A model generated the notes under the pieces. The model ran no database searches. It saw nothing but the letters and a program-made list of their open reading frames with translations, and had not been told where the DNA came from. Shown here one piece after another: positions 1 through 8,878 of a stretch of DNA of 64,000 nt (position 1 is the stretch's first letter; every line of letters begins with the position of its first letter). The stretch spans positions 92,321-156,320 of the forward strand of contig UQLI01000001.1 in NCBI GenBank assembly GCA_900541715.1. Reading direction: 5' to 3'. Source of the DNA: an uncultured Collinsella sp. (GTDB lineage Bacteria > Actinomycetota > Coriobacteriia > Coriobacteriales > Coriobacteriaceae). A program made the translations under genes and the position numbers.

Positions 1-2
1 GG

Positions 3-968
3 CGAAAGATAAGTGGCCTGGTGGGTATCGCGGGAATGCTCGGATACTACGCTGCCCTGCTCCTCATACGATCTCCTCTGCTTTTGATAGGTGCGTTTGC
101 CCTCAAGGGTTTTGCCGTCGCATGCGTGAGCGGTTCTATTGAGGCAATCTATATCGATTCCGTCTCCCAAGATCAGCTCGTTAGGCTTAATGTGGTTGAG
201 CGATTCGTCTTTTACGCATCTTATGCTCTTTCCGCGTGTGTGGGCGGCTTCATCTCGTCAGAAGGTGCATATTTCATCGGTCTTTCGGCCGATATCTTTA
301 CGATGGTATTGACGTTACTTGTCGTTGCCTGCATTCCCGAAACGAAAGGGAAAGGTAGCGCTGCGGCTTCTATGAGCCAAATTAGCCCGAGGATGATTTG
401 GACTGCCATTGCGGGCAATGGCACGCTTCGCTCGGCGTTCGTCATGGACTGTTCTCAGGCATTTGCTTTTGTCGCTCTGGAAGATTTTTTCTCACCGCTG
501 CTCGCAGCCCGTGGAATGGGTGCCGTCGCTTCGGGCATGACCATTGCGGTCCAGCTCCTTGTCTCCGCCTCCATAGGGTTTATCGTGCCCAGCGTAATTG
601 CTCATGTCGACAAGAGGCTTTTTGCGCGTATTTGCGGCATCATCCGTCTCATTCTAGCTGCTTTGTTTTTAACCCCTTTTATTCCGGTTGACCTGTTGCC
701 CGTGTTCTATGTGTTGCAGACGGTCGCTTACTCTTTATTTGCTCCAATTAAATACTCAATTTTTCAAAATGCTGCTGATTCTTCGATGCGCTGTTCATTG
801 ATTTCGGTTCAAAGCCAGATGGTGGCGGTGGGTGCTGTTCTTTTCTATCTGCTCAACGCTGTGTTGAGCAGCGCTGCGGGCATTCGAGTCGTATTGCTTG
901 TCGCGCTCGGGATTTCTTCTTTGGTGTATATTCCCGCGCTATTTCGTCTTACAAGCCAAAGGACATGA
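3..968 (+). CDS. MFS-like multi-pass membrane transporter, 5' end lies outside the window
   Basis: The reading frame is open to the window edge. The product is a series of hydrophobic helices typical of the C-terminal half of an MFS permease. A hairpin with a T-run follows. Confidence 0.5.
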   Translation, partial: RKISGLVGIAGMLGYYAALLLIRSPLLLIGAFALKGFAVACVSGSIEAIYIDSVSQDQLVRLNVVERFVFYASYALSACVGGFISSEGAYFIGLSADIFTMVLTLLVVACIPETKGKGSAAASMSQISPRMIWTAIAGNGTLRSAFVMDCSQAFAFVALEDFFSPLLAARGMGAVASGMTIAVQLLVSASIGFIVPSVIAHVDKRLFARICGIIRLILAALFLTPFIPVDLLPVFYVLQTVAYSLFAPIKYSIFQNAADSSMRCSLISVQSQMVAVGAVLFYLLNAVLSSAAGIRVVLLVALGISSLVYIPALFRLTSQRT

Positions 969-1002
969 GTATTTAGGCACCGATAACTTATATATCAACG
1001 CC

Positions 1003-1040
1003 AATAAACCCGAGCGCGAGGGCGTTTGGGTTTATTATTG
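1003..1040 (+). terminator. Intrinsic terminator-like hairpin
   Basis: aataaaccc (1003-1011) pairs with gggtttatt (1028-1036), followed by a T-rich tail. Confidence 0.5.
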
Positions 1041-1089
1041 AAGCGTATGTAACCTGGCGGCGCCACACCGCCTGTTAGTAGGGAGACAC

Positions 1090-2268
1090 ATGAACGTTCT
1101 GGTCGTCAACGCAGGATCTTCGACCCTTAAGTATCAGGTCATCGATACCAAGTCCCACAAGGTGTCCGCAAAGGGCTCCTGCGAGCGCGTTTGCTTTACC
1201 GGCGGTACCTTCACCCACGCTGCCAACGGTTCCAAGAAGGTGACCGAGAACATCGAGTTCCCCGACCACAAGGTCGCCATCGAGGTCGTTCTGAAGGACC
1301 TCGAGGCCAACGGCGTCAAGATCGAGGGCATTGGCCACCGTATCGTTCAGGGCGGTTGGTACTTTGGCGACTCCTCCCTCGTCGACGAGGACGTTCTCGC
1401 CAAGATCCGAGAGGTCGCCCCGCTCGCGCCGCTGCACAACAACCCCGAGGCCAACGTTATCGAGTACTGCCTGGAGCAGTATCCCGACCTGCCCAACGTT
1501 ACGGTCTACGACACCGCTTTCCACTTCAACATGCCCGAGGTCGCTAAGACCTACGCCCTGCCCAAGGACGTCTGCGACAAGCTGCACATCCGTAAGTACG
1601 GCGCCCACGGCACCAGCTACCGCTACATCTCCAAGAAGGTTGCCGAGATGACCAACGGCGAGGCTCGCAAAGTCGTCGTGTGCCACATCGGTTCCGGCGC
1701 TTCCCTGTGCGCCATCGAGGACGGCAAGTGCATGGACACCACCATGGGCTTGACGCCGCTCGACGGTGTCATGATGGGCACCCGCTGCGGCTCCATCGAC
1801 CCGGCTACCGTGTGTTACCTGCAGCGCGAGGGCGGCTACACCTTCGACGAGGTCGACGAGATGATGAACAAGAAGTCCGGCCTTTTGGCTGTGACCGGTG
1901 GCAAGACCAACGACTGCCGCAACGTCGAGGAGCTCGCCGCCGCTGGCGACCCCGAGGCTCAGCTCGCCTTCGACATGTTCGTCTACAAGATTGCCGCCAA
2001 GGCCGCCGAGATGGCCACTTCCATGTGCGGCATGGACACCCTGGTCTTTACCGCCGGCATCGGCGAGCACGCTCCGGCTGTCCGCGCTGGCGTGGCCGAC
2101 CGTCTGGCCTTTATGGGCGTCAAGATGGATCATGCCCGCAACGCCCTGCGTGGTGACGGCGCTTGGTGCCTGTCTGCCAAGGATTCCAAGGTCAAGATTT
2201 TCGTCATCCCCACGGACGAGGAGTTCATGATCGCTTCCGACGTTGAGCGCATCGTCAACGGCAAGTAA
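1090..2268 (+). CDS. ackA: Acetate kinase
   Basis: 392 aa. Motifs: MNVLVVNAGSSTLKYQ N-terminus, GHRIVQGG, KYGAHGTS, GTRCGSIDP, IPTDEE. GGGAGA RBS lies 5 nt upstream of the ATG. Confidence 0.93.
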   Translation: MNVLVVNAGSSTLKYQVIDTKSHKVSAKGSCERVCFTGGTFTHAANGSKKVTENIEFPDHKVAIEVVLKDLEANGVKIEGIGHRIVQGGWYFGDSSLVDEDVLAKIREVAPLAPLHNNPEANVIEYCLEQYPDLPNVTVYDTAFHFNMPEVAKTYALPKDVCDKLHIRKYGAHGTSYRYISKKVAEMTNGEARKVVVCHIGSGASLCAIEDGKCMDTTMGLTPLDGVMMGTRCGSIDPATVCYLQREGGYTFDEVDEMMNKKSGLLAVTGGKTNDCRNVEELAAAGDPEAQLAFDMFVYKIAAKAAEMATSMCGMDTLVFTAGIGEHAPAVRAGVADRLAFMGVKMDHARNALRGDGAWCLSAKDSKVKIFVIPTDEEFMIASDVERIVNGK

Positions 2269-2275
2269 TTGCAAG

Positions 2276-2320
2276 AGGGGAGGGGCTGGACGACCGAGCG
2301 CCGTTCGGCCCCTCTTTTGT
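2276..2320 (+). terminator. Intrinsic terminator of ackA copy 1
   Basis: gaggggc (2280-2286) pairs with gcccctc (2308-2314), followed by tttt. Confidence 0.65.
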
Positions 2321-2432
2321 GCTCGTTGGGCGATATGCCTGATAGCTATTTATCAAGTTGTGATAACTTCTTATTAAAATGCGGCCGCCTTAAGGGGTCT
2401 GCGTCGACCGTATTGCACTGCAAAGGAGTCTC

Positions 2433-3611
2433 ATGAACGTACTTGTTGTTAACGCCGGCAGCTCAAGCCTTAAATATCAGCTTTTGGATACCGATACCCG
2501 CAAGGTTTTCGCCAAGGGCAACTGCGAACGCATCGGTTCGGACATGGGCATCTTTGGCCACTCCGAGAACGGTGGCGCCAAGCAGACCGAGGAGGTCCCT
2601 TTCCCCGATCATCGCTCTGCTATCGCTCGCGTGCTCGAGGAGCTCGAGAAGACCGACTTTACGATTGATGGCATTGGGCATCGCATCGTTCAGGGCGGCT
2701 GGCACTTCGATGATTCCGCGGTCGTCGACGATGAGGTCATGGCTAAGATCCTTGAGGTGGCCCCGCTCGCTCCGTTGCACAATTACGGCGAGGCCGCGGC
2801 AATCGAATATTGCCGCGAGAAGTATCCGGAGCTGCCCAACGTGGCCGTCTTCGACACCTCGTTCCACATGACCATGCCCGAGGTCGCCTACACCTACGCG
2901 CTGCCCAAGGACGTGTGCGACAAGTACCACGTGCGCAAGTACGGCGCACACGGTACGAGCCACCGCTACGAGTGGATGATGGCCAAGGAGATCCTGGGCT
3001 CGCGCTGCCACCGCCTGCTTTCGTGCCATCTGGGCAACGGTGCTTCGCTTGCCGCCATTGAGGACGGCGTGTGCCGCGATACCACGATGGGCCTCACGCC
3101 GCTCGATGGCCTGATGATGGGCACCCGTTGTGGTTCCATTGACCCGGCCACCGTGTGTTACCTGCAGCGCGAGGGCGGCTACAGCTACCAGGAAGTCGAC
3201 GACATGATGAACAAGCAGTCCGGCCTGCTTGCCATTTCGGGCATCTCCAACGACGCCCGCGACATCCGCACGCGCGCCTCCGAGGGCGACGAGCGCTGCC
3301 TGCTCGCCTTCGATATGTTTGCCTACAAGGCTATGCAGCAGGCCGGCTCCATGATCGCCTCCATGGCGGGCGTGGACACCATCACCTTTACCGCCGGCAT
3401 CGGCGAGAACGACTGGTCGATCCGCAAGGCCTTCTGCGACTGCTTTGAGTGGCTGGGCGTACGCATCGACAACAACAAGAACCGCGAGGCTGTGGGCAAC
3501 GGCCCGCAGGTTATCAGTGCCGCCGGTTCCGCCGTCACGGTCATGGTCATCCCCACCGACGAGGAATACATGATCGCCCACGACGTCGAGCGTCTGACCA
3601 AGAACAACTAA
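2433..3611 (+). CDS. ackA: Acetate kinase paralog (second tandem copy)
   Basis: 392 aa, the same length as copy 1, roughly 60% identical by eye. All the same catalytic motifs are kept. AAGGAG RBS. Confidence 0.9.
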   Translation: MNVLVVNAGSSSLKYQLLDTDTRKVFAKGNCERIGSDMGIFGHSENGGAKQTEEVPFPDHRSAIARVLEELEKTDFTIDGIGHRIVQGGWHFDDSAVVDDEVMAKILEVAPLAPLHNYGEAAAIEYCREKYPELPNVAVFDTSFHMTMPEVAYTYALPKDVCDKYHVRKYGAHGTSHRYEWMMAKEILGSRCHRLLSCHLGNGASLAAIEDGVCRDTTMGLTPLDGLMMGTRCGSIDPATVCYLQREGGYSYQEVDDMMNKQSGLLAISGISNDARDIRTRASEGDERCLLAFDMFAYKAMQQAGSMIASMAGVDTITFTAGIGENDWSIRKAFCDCFEWLGVRIDNNKNREAVGNGPQVISAAGSAVTVMVIPTDEEYMIAHDVERLTKNN

Positions 3612-3632
3612 CGCGCGCATTTGCAAGTAAAC

Positions 3633-3669
3633 AAAAGGCCTCCAAAGCAACAGCTCCGGAGGCCTTTTT
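3633..3669 (+). terminator. Intrinsic terminator of ackA copy 2
   Basis: aaaaggcctcc (3633-3643) pairs with ggaggcctttt (3658-3668), and a T-run follows. Confidence 0.7.
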
Positions 3670-3817
3670 GCTAGCAGGCGGAAATACCAGTCCCAAAGTG
3701 ACCATCGCCAGTAACGCCTGCACTCTCAGCAACGGCACCCGGCCATCCAGATCTTCAGCCTCAGCTCGTAGCCAAGCCGCCGTCCACTCCAGATGCCCTA
3801 ATTGCTACGTAGCGGTA

Positions 3818-3948
3818 GAAGGCCGTACGGGCTAACCCCTGAAAACAATCCGCAGACCAGAAACGCCCCCGTTCGTAGCTCCGAAGGAGCAGAACGGGGG
3901 CGTTTCATTGGTCGAGGACGTTTTCAGGGGTTAGCCCGTACGGCCTTC
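3818..3948 (-). terminator. Long nested hairpin, probably a U-tract-less terminator for pta
   Basis: Perfect 29-bp inverted repeat (3818-3846 / 3920-3948) enclosing a second 14-bp stem (3861-3874 / 3891-3904). It starts 15 nt after the pta stop on the minus strand. There is no T-run on either strand. Confidence 0.5.
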
Positions 3949-3963
3949 GGGCGAGTGCGTACG

Positions 3964-4944
3964 CTACTCAGCCATCTGAGCCTGGACGGCGGTGATGGCC
4001 ACGACACCCACGATGTCGTCGGCAGAGCAGCCGCGCGAAAGGTCGTTGACCGGCTTGGCGATGCCCTGCAGGATGGGGCCGTAGGCGTCAGCACCGGCGA
4101 AGCGCTGGACCAGCTTGTAGCCGATGTTGCCGGCCTCGAGGTCGGGGAACACGAGCACGTTGGCCTTACCGGCAACGGAGGAGCCGGGAGCCTTGAGCTG
4201 GGCGACGGTGGGGACGATGGCGGCGTCGAGCTGCAGGTCGCCGTCGATGGCGAGCTCGGGAGCCTTCTCCTTGCAGAACTTCACGGCCTCCTGGACCTTC
4301 TTGGCGACCTCGCCGCCGGCGGAGCCCATGGTGGAGTAGGAGAGCATGGCCACGTGCGGCTCAACGTTGCCCATGAAGGTGGACCAAGAGTGAGCGGAGG
4401 CGATGGCGATCTCGGAGAGCTCGTCGGAGGACGGGTTGATGTTGAGGCCGCAGTCGGCGAAGATCAGCGTGCCGTCGGTGCCGAACTGCGGGGTGTCGGT
4501 GCACATCACGAAGAAGGCCGAGACCAGCTTGGTGCCCGGGGCGGTCTTGAGGATCTGAAGCGCGGGGCGCAGGGTGTCGGCGGTGGAGTGGCAGGCGCCG
4601 GAGACCAGGCCGTCGGCATCGCCCATCTTGACCATCATGGTGCCAAAGTAGGTGGCGTCCATCACCTGGGCGCGAGCCTGCTCGATGGTGACGCCCTTCT
4701 TGGCGCGGAGCTCGGCAAACTTCTGCGCGTACTCCTCGTGCTTTTCGGCATTGCGCGGGTCGATGACGGTGGCGCCGGGAACGTTGATCTCGTCGGGGTT
4801 GCCCAGGATGACGATCTTTGCCAGGCCCTCCTCGATGATCTTGGTGGCCGCGACGATGGTGCGCGGATCTTCGCCCTCGGGCAGGACGATCGTCTTAAGG
4901 TCGGCCTTGGCGGCAGACTTCATACGGTTAAGGAAATCGCTCAT
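3964..4944 (-). CDS. pta: Phosphate acetyltransferase (short Gram-positive form)
   Basis: 326 aa. N-terminus MSDFLNRMKSAAKADLKTIVLPEGEDPR, C-terminal LSRGCSADDIV motif. AAGGAG RBS. Confidence 0.93.
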   Translation of the reverse strand: MSDFLNRMKSAAKADLKTIVLPEGEDPRTIVAATKIIEEGLAKIVILGNPDEINVPGATVIDPRNAEKHEEYAQKFAELRAKKGVTIEQARAQVMDATYFGTMMVKMGDADGLVSGACHSTADTLRPALQILKTAPGTKLVSAFFVMCTDTPQFGTDGTLIFADCGLNINPSSDELSEIAIASAHSWSTFMGNVEPHVAMLSYSTMGSAGGEVAKKVQEAVKFCKEKAPELAIDGDLQLDAAIVPTVAQLKAPGSSVAGKANVLVFPDLEAGNIGYKLVQRFAGADAYGPILQGIAKPVNDLSRGCSADDIVGVVAITAVQAQMAE

Positions 4945-5175
4945 GTTACTCCTTACAAGCGTTTCGCTAAGCTCCAGGCGCCCGGCTGTTCACGAATAAA
5001 CCCGCTGCTAGCGGGTTTACCTTACGTTAATGTTCGCCGCGGTGCTTGAGCTTTCCTTGTGTGGCAAGCTCATTATAGGACGCATTAGCGCTATAATCGC
5101 TCTGATAAATGTGTCTCGAAGAATGTTCGAGAAAAGCCCAGCTAACGAGCCCGTGGCTTTTGACAAGGAGTATCG

Positions 5176-6378
5176 ATGCAGATTACCTCAGGCCTGCCTG
5201 AAGGCTTTAACGCCGGCGCGTACGACATGATTGTCGTCGGTGCTGGATATGCCGGTGCCGTTTGTGCCCGCCGTCTCGCCGAGACCATCGGCTATCGTGT
5301 TGCCGTTTTGGAGCGCCGTAGCCACATTGCGGGCAATGCCTATGACTGCACTGACGAGGCCGGAATCCTGATCCACGAGTACGGTCCGCATATCTATCAC
5401 ACCTTTAACGAGCGCGTGCACAATTTCCTGTCGCGCTTTACCAAGTGGACGGATTATCAGCACAAGGTGCTCGCCAACATCAACGGTACCCTTATGCCCG
5501 TGCCCTTCAACCATGCGAGTCTCAAGCTCGCCTTTGGTGACGAGCGCGGCGAGGAGCTGTATCAGAAGCTCGTGGAGACCTTTGGCAAGGATGTCAAGGT
5601 GCCCATTATGGAGCTGCGTAAGAAGAACGACCCCGACTTGGCCGAGGTCGCCGATTACGTCTACGAGAACGTCTTTTTGCATTACACCATGAAGCAGTGG
5701 GGCCAGACGCCCGATCAGATCGATCCCTCGATCACCGGCCGCGTTCCCGTCTTTGTGGGCGATGATGACCGCTACTTCCCGCAAGCCCCCTTCCAGGGCA
5801 TGCCGCAGGAGGGCTACACGGCGCTCTTTGAGCACATGCTCGACCACGACCTGATCGACGTGTTCTGCGACGCGGACGCCCGCGATCTCTTTGAGATCGA
5901 CGAGACCACCGTCAAGATCGACGGCAAGGTCTATGGTGGCGAGATTGTCTATACCGGTCCACTCGACGAGCTGTTCAACCTCGACTTGGGTGCGTTGCCG
6001 TACCGCACGCTCGATATGAAGTTCGAGACGCTCGATATGGACCAGTTCCAGCCCGTGGGCACCGTCAACTACACCACGAGCGAGGACTACACGCGTATCA
6101 CCGAGTTCAAGAACATGACCGGTCAGGTCCTGCCCGGCAAGACCACCATCATGAAGGAGTACTCCAAGGCCTATACGCCCGGCTCGGGCGAGACACCGTA
6201 CTACGCCATTCTTGAGCCCGAGAACCGTGAGCTCTATGAGCGCTATCTTGAGCGCGTCCAGAACCTGACGAACTTCCACCCGGTGGGTCGTCTGGCCGAG
6301 TATCGTTACTACGATATGGACGCTGTGACCAATTCCGCCCTCGATCTTTCGGATGAGATTATCGCCTGCCATGCATAA
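5176..6378 (+). CDS. glf: UDP-galactopyranose mutase
   Basis: 400 aa. FAD Rossmann motif VVGAGYAGAVCARRLAE, plus HEYGPHIYHT and EYRYYDMD motifs. AAGGAG RBS. Confidence 0.9.
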   Translation: MQITSGLPEGFNAGAYDMIVVGAGYAGAVCARRLAETIGYRVAVLERRSHIAGNAYDCTDEAGILIHEYGPHIYHTFNERVHNFLSRFTKWTDYQHKVLANINGTLMPVPFNHASLKLAFGDERGEELYQKLVETFGKDVKVPIMELRKKNDPDLAEVADYVYENVFLHYTMKQWGQTPDQIDPSITGRVPVFVGDDDRYFPQAPFQGMPQEGYTALFEHMLDHDLIDVFCDADARDLFEIDETTVKIDGKVYGGEIVYTGPLDELFNLDLGALPYRTLDMKFETLDMDQFQPVGTVNYTTSEDYTRITEFKNMTGQVLPGKTTIMKEYSKAYTPGSGETPYYAILEPENRELYERYLERVQNLTNFHPVGRLAEYRYYDMDAVTNSALDLSDEIIACHA

Positions 6379-7402
6379 AGTCATAACATTCGGTATTCCC
6401 TCGTATAACGCCGCCAAGGACATGGACCATTGCATCACCTCCATCTTGGAGGGGAGCAATTACGCCACCGATATCGAGATTATCGTGGTGGACGACGGCT
6501 CCAAGGACGAGACGGCCGATAAGGCCGATGAGTGGGAGGCGCGTTATCCCGGTATCATTCGCGCGGTACACCAGGAGAACGGCGGCCACGGTATTGCCGT
6601 CCTTTCGGGTCTGCGCGAGGCACAGGGCACCTACTACAAGGTTGTCGACTCGGACGACTGGCTTGACGGCGCTGCCCTTTCGACCATGCTGTCGATTCTG
6701 CGTGGCTTTGAGGAGCGCGACCAGCGCGTTGACCTGTTTATCTCGAACTACGTGTACGAGAAGGTTTACGAGGGCACGCATACCGCTATTGGCTACAAAT
6801 TTGCCCTGCCGCGCAAAAAGATCTTTTCCTGGGATCAGATCGGTCATTTTCGCCTGGACCAGAACCTACTCATGCACAGTCTGTGCTATCGCACGGATGT
6901 GCTGCGCGAGTCTAACCTTCCCATGCCGCCGCACACGTTCTATGTGGACAACATCTACGCCTACGTGCCGCTGCCGCGTTGCAAGACCATGTACTACGCC
7001 GACATCGACCTCTACCGCTACTTTATCGGTCGCGAAGGCCAGAGCATCAACGAGGCAACGATGGTCAAGCGTCTGGACCAGCAGTTCCGTGTTACACGTA
7101 TCATGATGGAGTCGTACCACCTGTACAGCGATGTTGAGTCGTCGCGCCTGCGTTCGTACATGATGGGCTACTTCACCATGATGATGGCGATCTGCTCGGT
7201 GCTCACCAAGCTTTCCGAGGAAGATTGCGCCGACGAGCGCCTAAAGACGCTGTGGAATGATTTGAAGGCCTACGACGAGCGCATGTATCGTCGTGCCCGC
7301 TACGGCGTGGTCGGGTTCTTCACCAATCTGCGCGGACGGGCGGGAGACAAAACCACACTCGGCCTATACCGTCTTGCCTCAAAGATCTTCAAATTCAACT
7401 AG
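6371..7402 (+). CDS. Family 2 glycosyltransferase
   Basis: N-terminus ITFGIPSYNAAKDMDHCI...IEIIVVDDGSKDET...VDSDDW fits the GT-A DXD fold. The ATG at 6371 overlaps the glf stop (ATGCATAA). The track start at 6353 is also possible. Confidence 0.8.
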   Translation: MHKVITFGIPSYNAAKDMDHCITSILEGSNYATDIEIIVVDDGSKDETADKADEWEARYPGIIRAVHQENGGHGIAVLSGLREAQGTYYKVVDSDDWLDGAALSTMLSILRGFEERDQRVDLFISNYVYEKVYEGTHTAIGYKFALPRKKIFSWDQIGHFRLDQNLLMHSLCYRTDVLRESNLPMPPHTFYVDNIYAYVPLPRCKTMYYADIDLYRYFIGREGQSINEATMVKRLDQQFRVTRIMMESYHLYSDVESSRLRSYMMGYFTMMMAICSVLTKLSEEDCADERLKTLWNDLKAYDERMYRRARYGVVGFFTNLRGRAGDKTTLGLYRLASKIFKFN

Positions 7403-7434
7403 CTGCTGAGTAATCGCTGCTGATAGGTTGACTG

Positions 7435-7544
7435 GGCCCCTTGGCCCTTAGTTTGCTACTGCGAACAGTCCTGCTCGCACGGAAAGCACATTAAGTGCTT
7501 TCCGGCTCGTGCGGAACTTGTATCAAACTAAAGGCCAAGGGGCC
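7435..7544 (+). repeat. Structured repeat element, copy A (long hairpin downstream of GT2)
   Basis: 21-bp outer stem (7435-7455 / 7524-7544, one C-A mismatch on the plus strand) around a 68-nt core containing a 10-bp stem, cggaaagcac-attaa-gtgctttccg. Confidence 0.7.
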
Positions 7545-7640
7545 TCTGCTATAAGAATCGATTGTCAGGCTGCCTGAATTTGAAGATCTTAGACGCGCGG
7601 TACACAGGGGCCTGGGCTGAAGGGGATCTTGTTGAGTAGG

Positions 7641-7761
7641 TTGCCCGGTGGAGCTTGGTTATGTTTGTCGCGAGTTCCGCACGAGCCGAAGAGCACTTAA
7701 TGTGCTCTTCGTGCGAGCCAGGACTGTAGAGCAGCAAACATAACCAAGTCCCACCGGGCAA
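7641..7761 (-). repeat. Structured repeat element, copy B (inverted orientation, downstream of the S58 peptidase gene)
   Basis: 27-bp outer stem (7641-7667 / 7735-7761, two mismatches). The reverse complement of its core aligns with the copy A core over about 55 nt, with 4 substitutions that are pairwise compensatory in the central stem. Confidence 0.7.
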
Positions 7762-7775
7762 CCGGTCAGGTTAGG

Positions 7776-8777
7776 CTACTTCGCGGCGCCGGGGATGCCG
7801 TGGGAGGTTTTGGCGGTTTTGGCTCCGTTTACGATGGCAGTTTCCAGGGCCCTTACTGCGAGCATGCCCAGCAGGTCTAGGGGAACGGCGGCGCTTGCCT
7901 GGGCGCCCAGTTTGCCGCTGGCGAGGGTGTAGATGGTGTCGCCGTCGTTGGTGGTGTGTGTGGGGCGGATGGCGTGTGCGTAGGCGTCTGCGGCCATCTG
8001 GGAGACCTTGGTGGCTTGTGCCTTAGTGAGTTCCACGTTGGTGACGATGCAGCTGATGGTGGTGTTGGTGCGGTCGAGCGGCATCTGCATGGATCCGGCG
8101 GCGGCAAAGGCTGCGAGTTCCATGTCGACAATCTGGTCGCTATCGGCTGCGGCGCGCATACCGGCGACCCACTCGCCGGTGAAGGGGTCGACAACGTTGC
8201 CGCAGGCGTTGACCGAGACCACGGCGCCCACCTTGATGGGGCCGAGCGCCACGGCGGCAGCGCCAAGGCCGGCCTTCATGCAGGTAGCGGGGCCCATGAG
8301 CTTACCCACGGTAGCGCCCGTGCCGGCGCCCACGTTGCCCTGTTCGAGCCTGGTGGGGGTGTGGTCGAGTGCTTCGCGCACCGCGGCGATGCCGGCCTCA
8401 ATGTCAGGGCGAACGGTGGGGTTACCAAAGGCGAGGTCGAAGATACAGCTGGAGCACACGATAGGCACCTGCGTGGGGCCGACGGGAAGGCCGATGCCGC
8501 GGCTCTCAAGCTCGCGAGCGACGCCGCTTGCAGCCTCGAGGCCAAAGGCCGATCCACCCGAAAGGCAGACAGCGTGGACCTTGTCGACGGTGTTCTCGGG
8601 TCGCAGCAGGTCGGTTTCGCGCGATGCCGGAGCACCGCCGCGAACGTCAATGCCGCCGGTGGCGCCCTCGGGTGCCACGATTACGGTGCAACCGGTGCCG
8701 GCCTCCTCGTCCGTATAGTTGCCATAGCAAAAGCCATCGACATCGCAGACGTCAATGGCCTCGAGCAGTGTATCCAT
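7776..8777 (-). CDS. P1/S58 (DmpA-like) family aminopeptidase
   Basis: 333 aa. GTGCTVIVAPEGATGGIDVRGGAPASRETDLL and NTTISCIVTN motifs are typical of the DmpA/S58 Ntn-hydrolase family. Confidence 0.78.
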   Translation of the reverse strand: MDTLLEAIDVCDVDGFCYGNYTDEEAGTGCTVIVAPEGATGGIDVRGGAPASRETDLLRPENTVDKVHAVCLSGGSAFGLEAASGVARELESRGIGLPVGPTQVPIVCSSCIFDLAFGNPTVRPDIEAGIAAVREALDHTPTRLEQGNVGAGTGATVGKLMGPATCMKAGLGAAAVALGPIKVGAVVSVNACGNVVDPFTGEWVAGMRAAADSDQIVDMELAAFAAAGSMQMPLDRTNTTISCIVTNVELTKAQATKVSQMAADAYAHAIRPTHTTNDGDTIYTLASGKLGAQASAAVPLDLLGMLAVRALETAIVNGAKTAKTSHGIPGAAK

Positions 8778-8878
8778 GTTTAACTCCTATCGGTTTTCCG
8801 CCGCGCCTTGTGCCCGGTCGGGATCCGTACGGTACGCCAAAATTGTAGGCGCCGGGGGATACCCAGCGCCAGATGCAA

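Noticed and set aside
1075-2274. 399-aa minus-strand ORF covering all of ackA; similar antisense ORFs lie at 2463-3650, 3802-5049, 5188-6459 and 24191-26068
   Set aside because: These are mirror ORFs, typical of high-GC3 genes. Their products are low-complexity (G/A/V/D/L/H-rich) with no motifs, while the opposite strand encodes unmistakable enzymes with good RBSs.
7549-7761. 70-aa minus-strand ORF whose C-terminus echoes the GT2 C-terminus (ASKIFKF)
   Set aside because: It lies entirely within the hairpin elements. The peptide similarity is a by-product of the inverted repeat, and there is no RBS.
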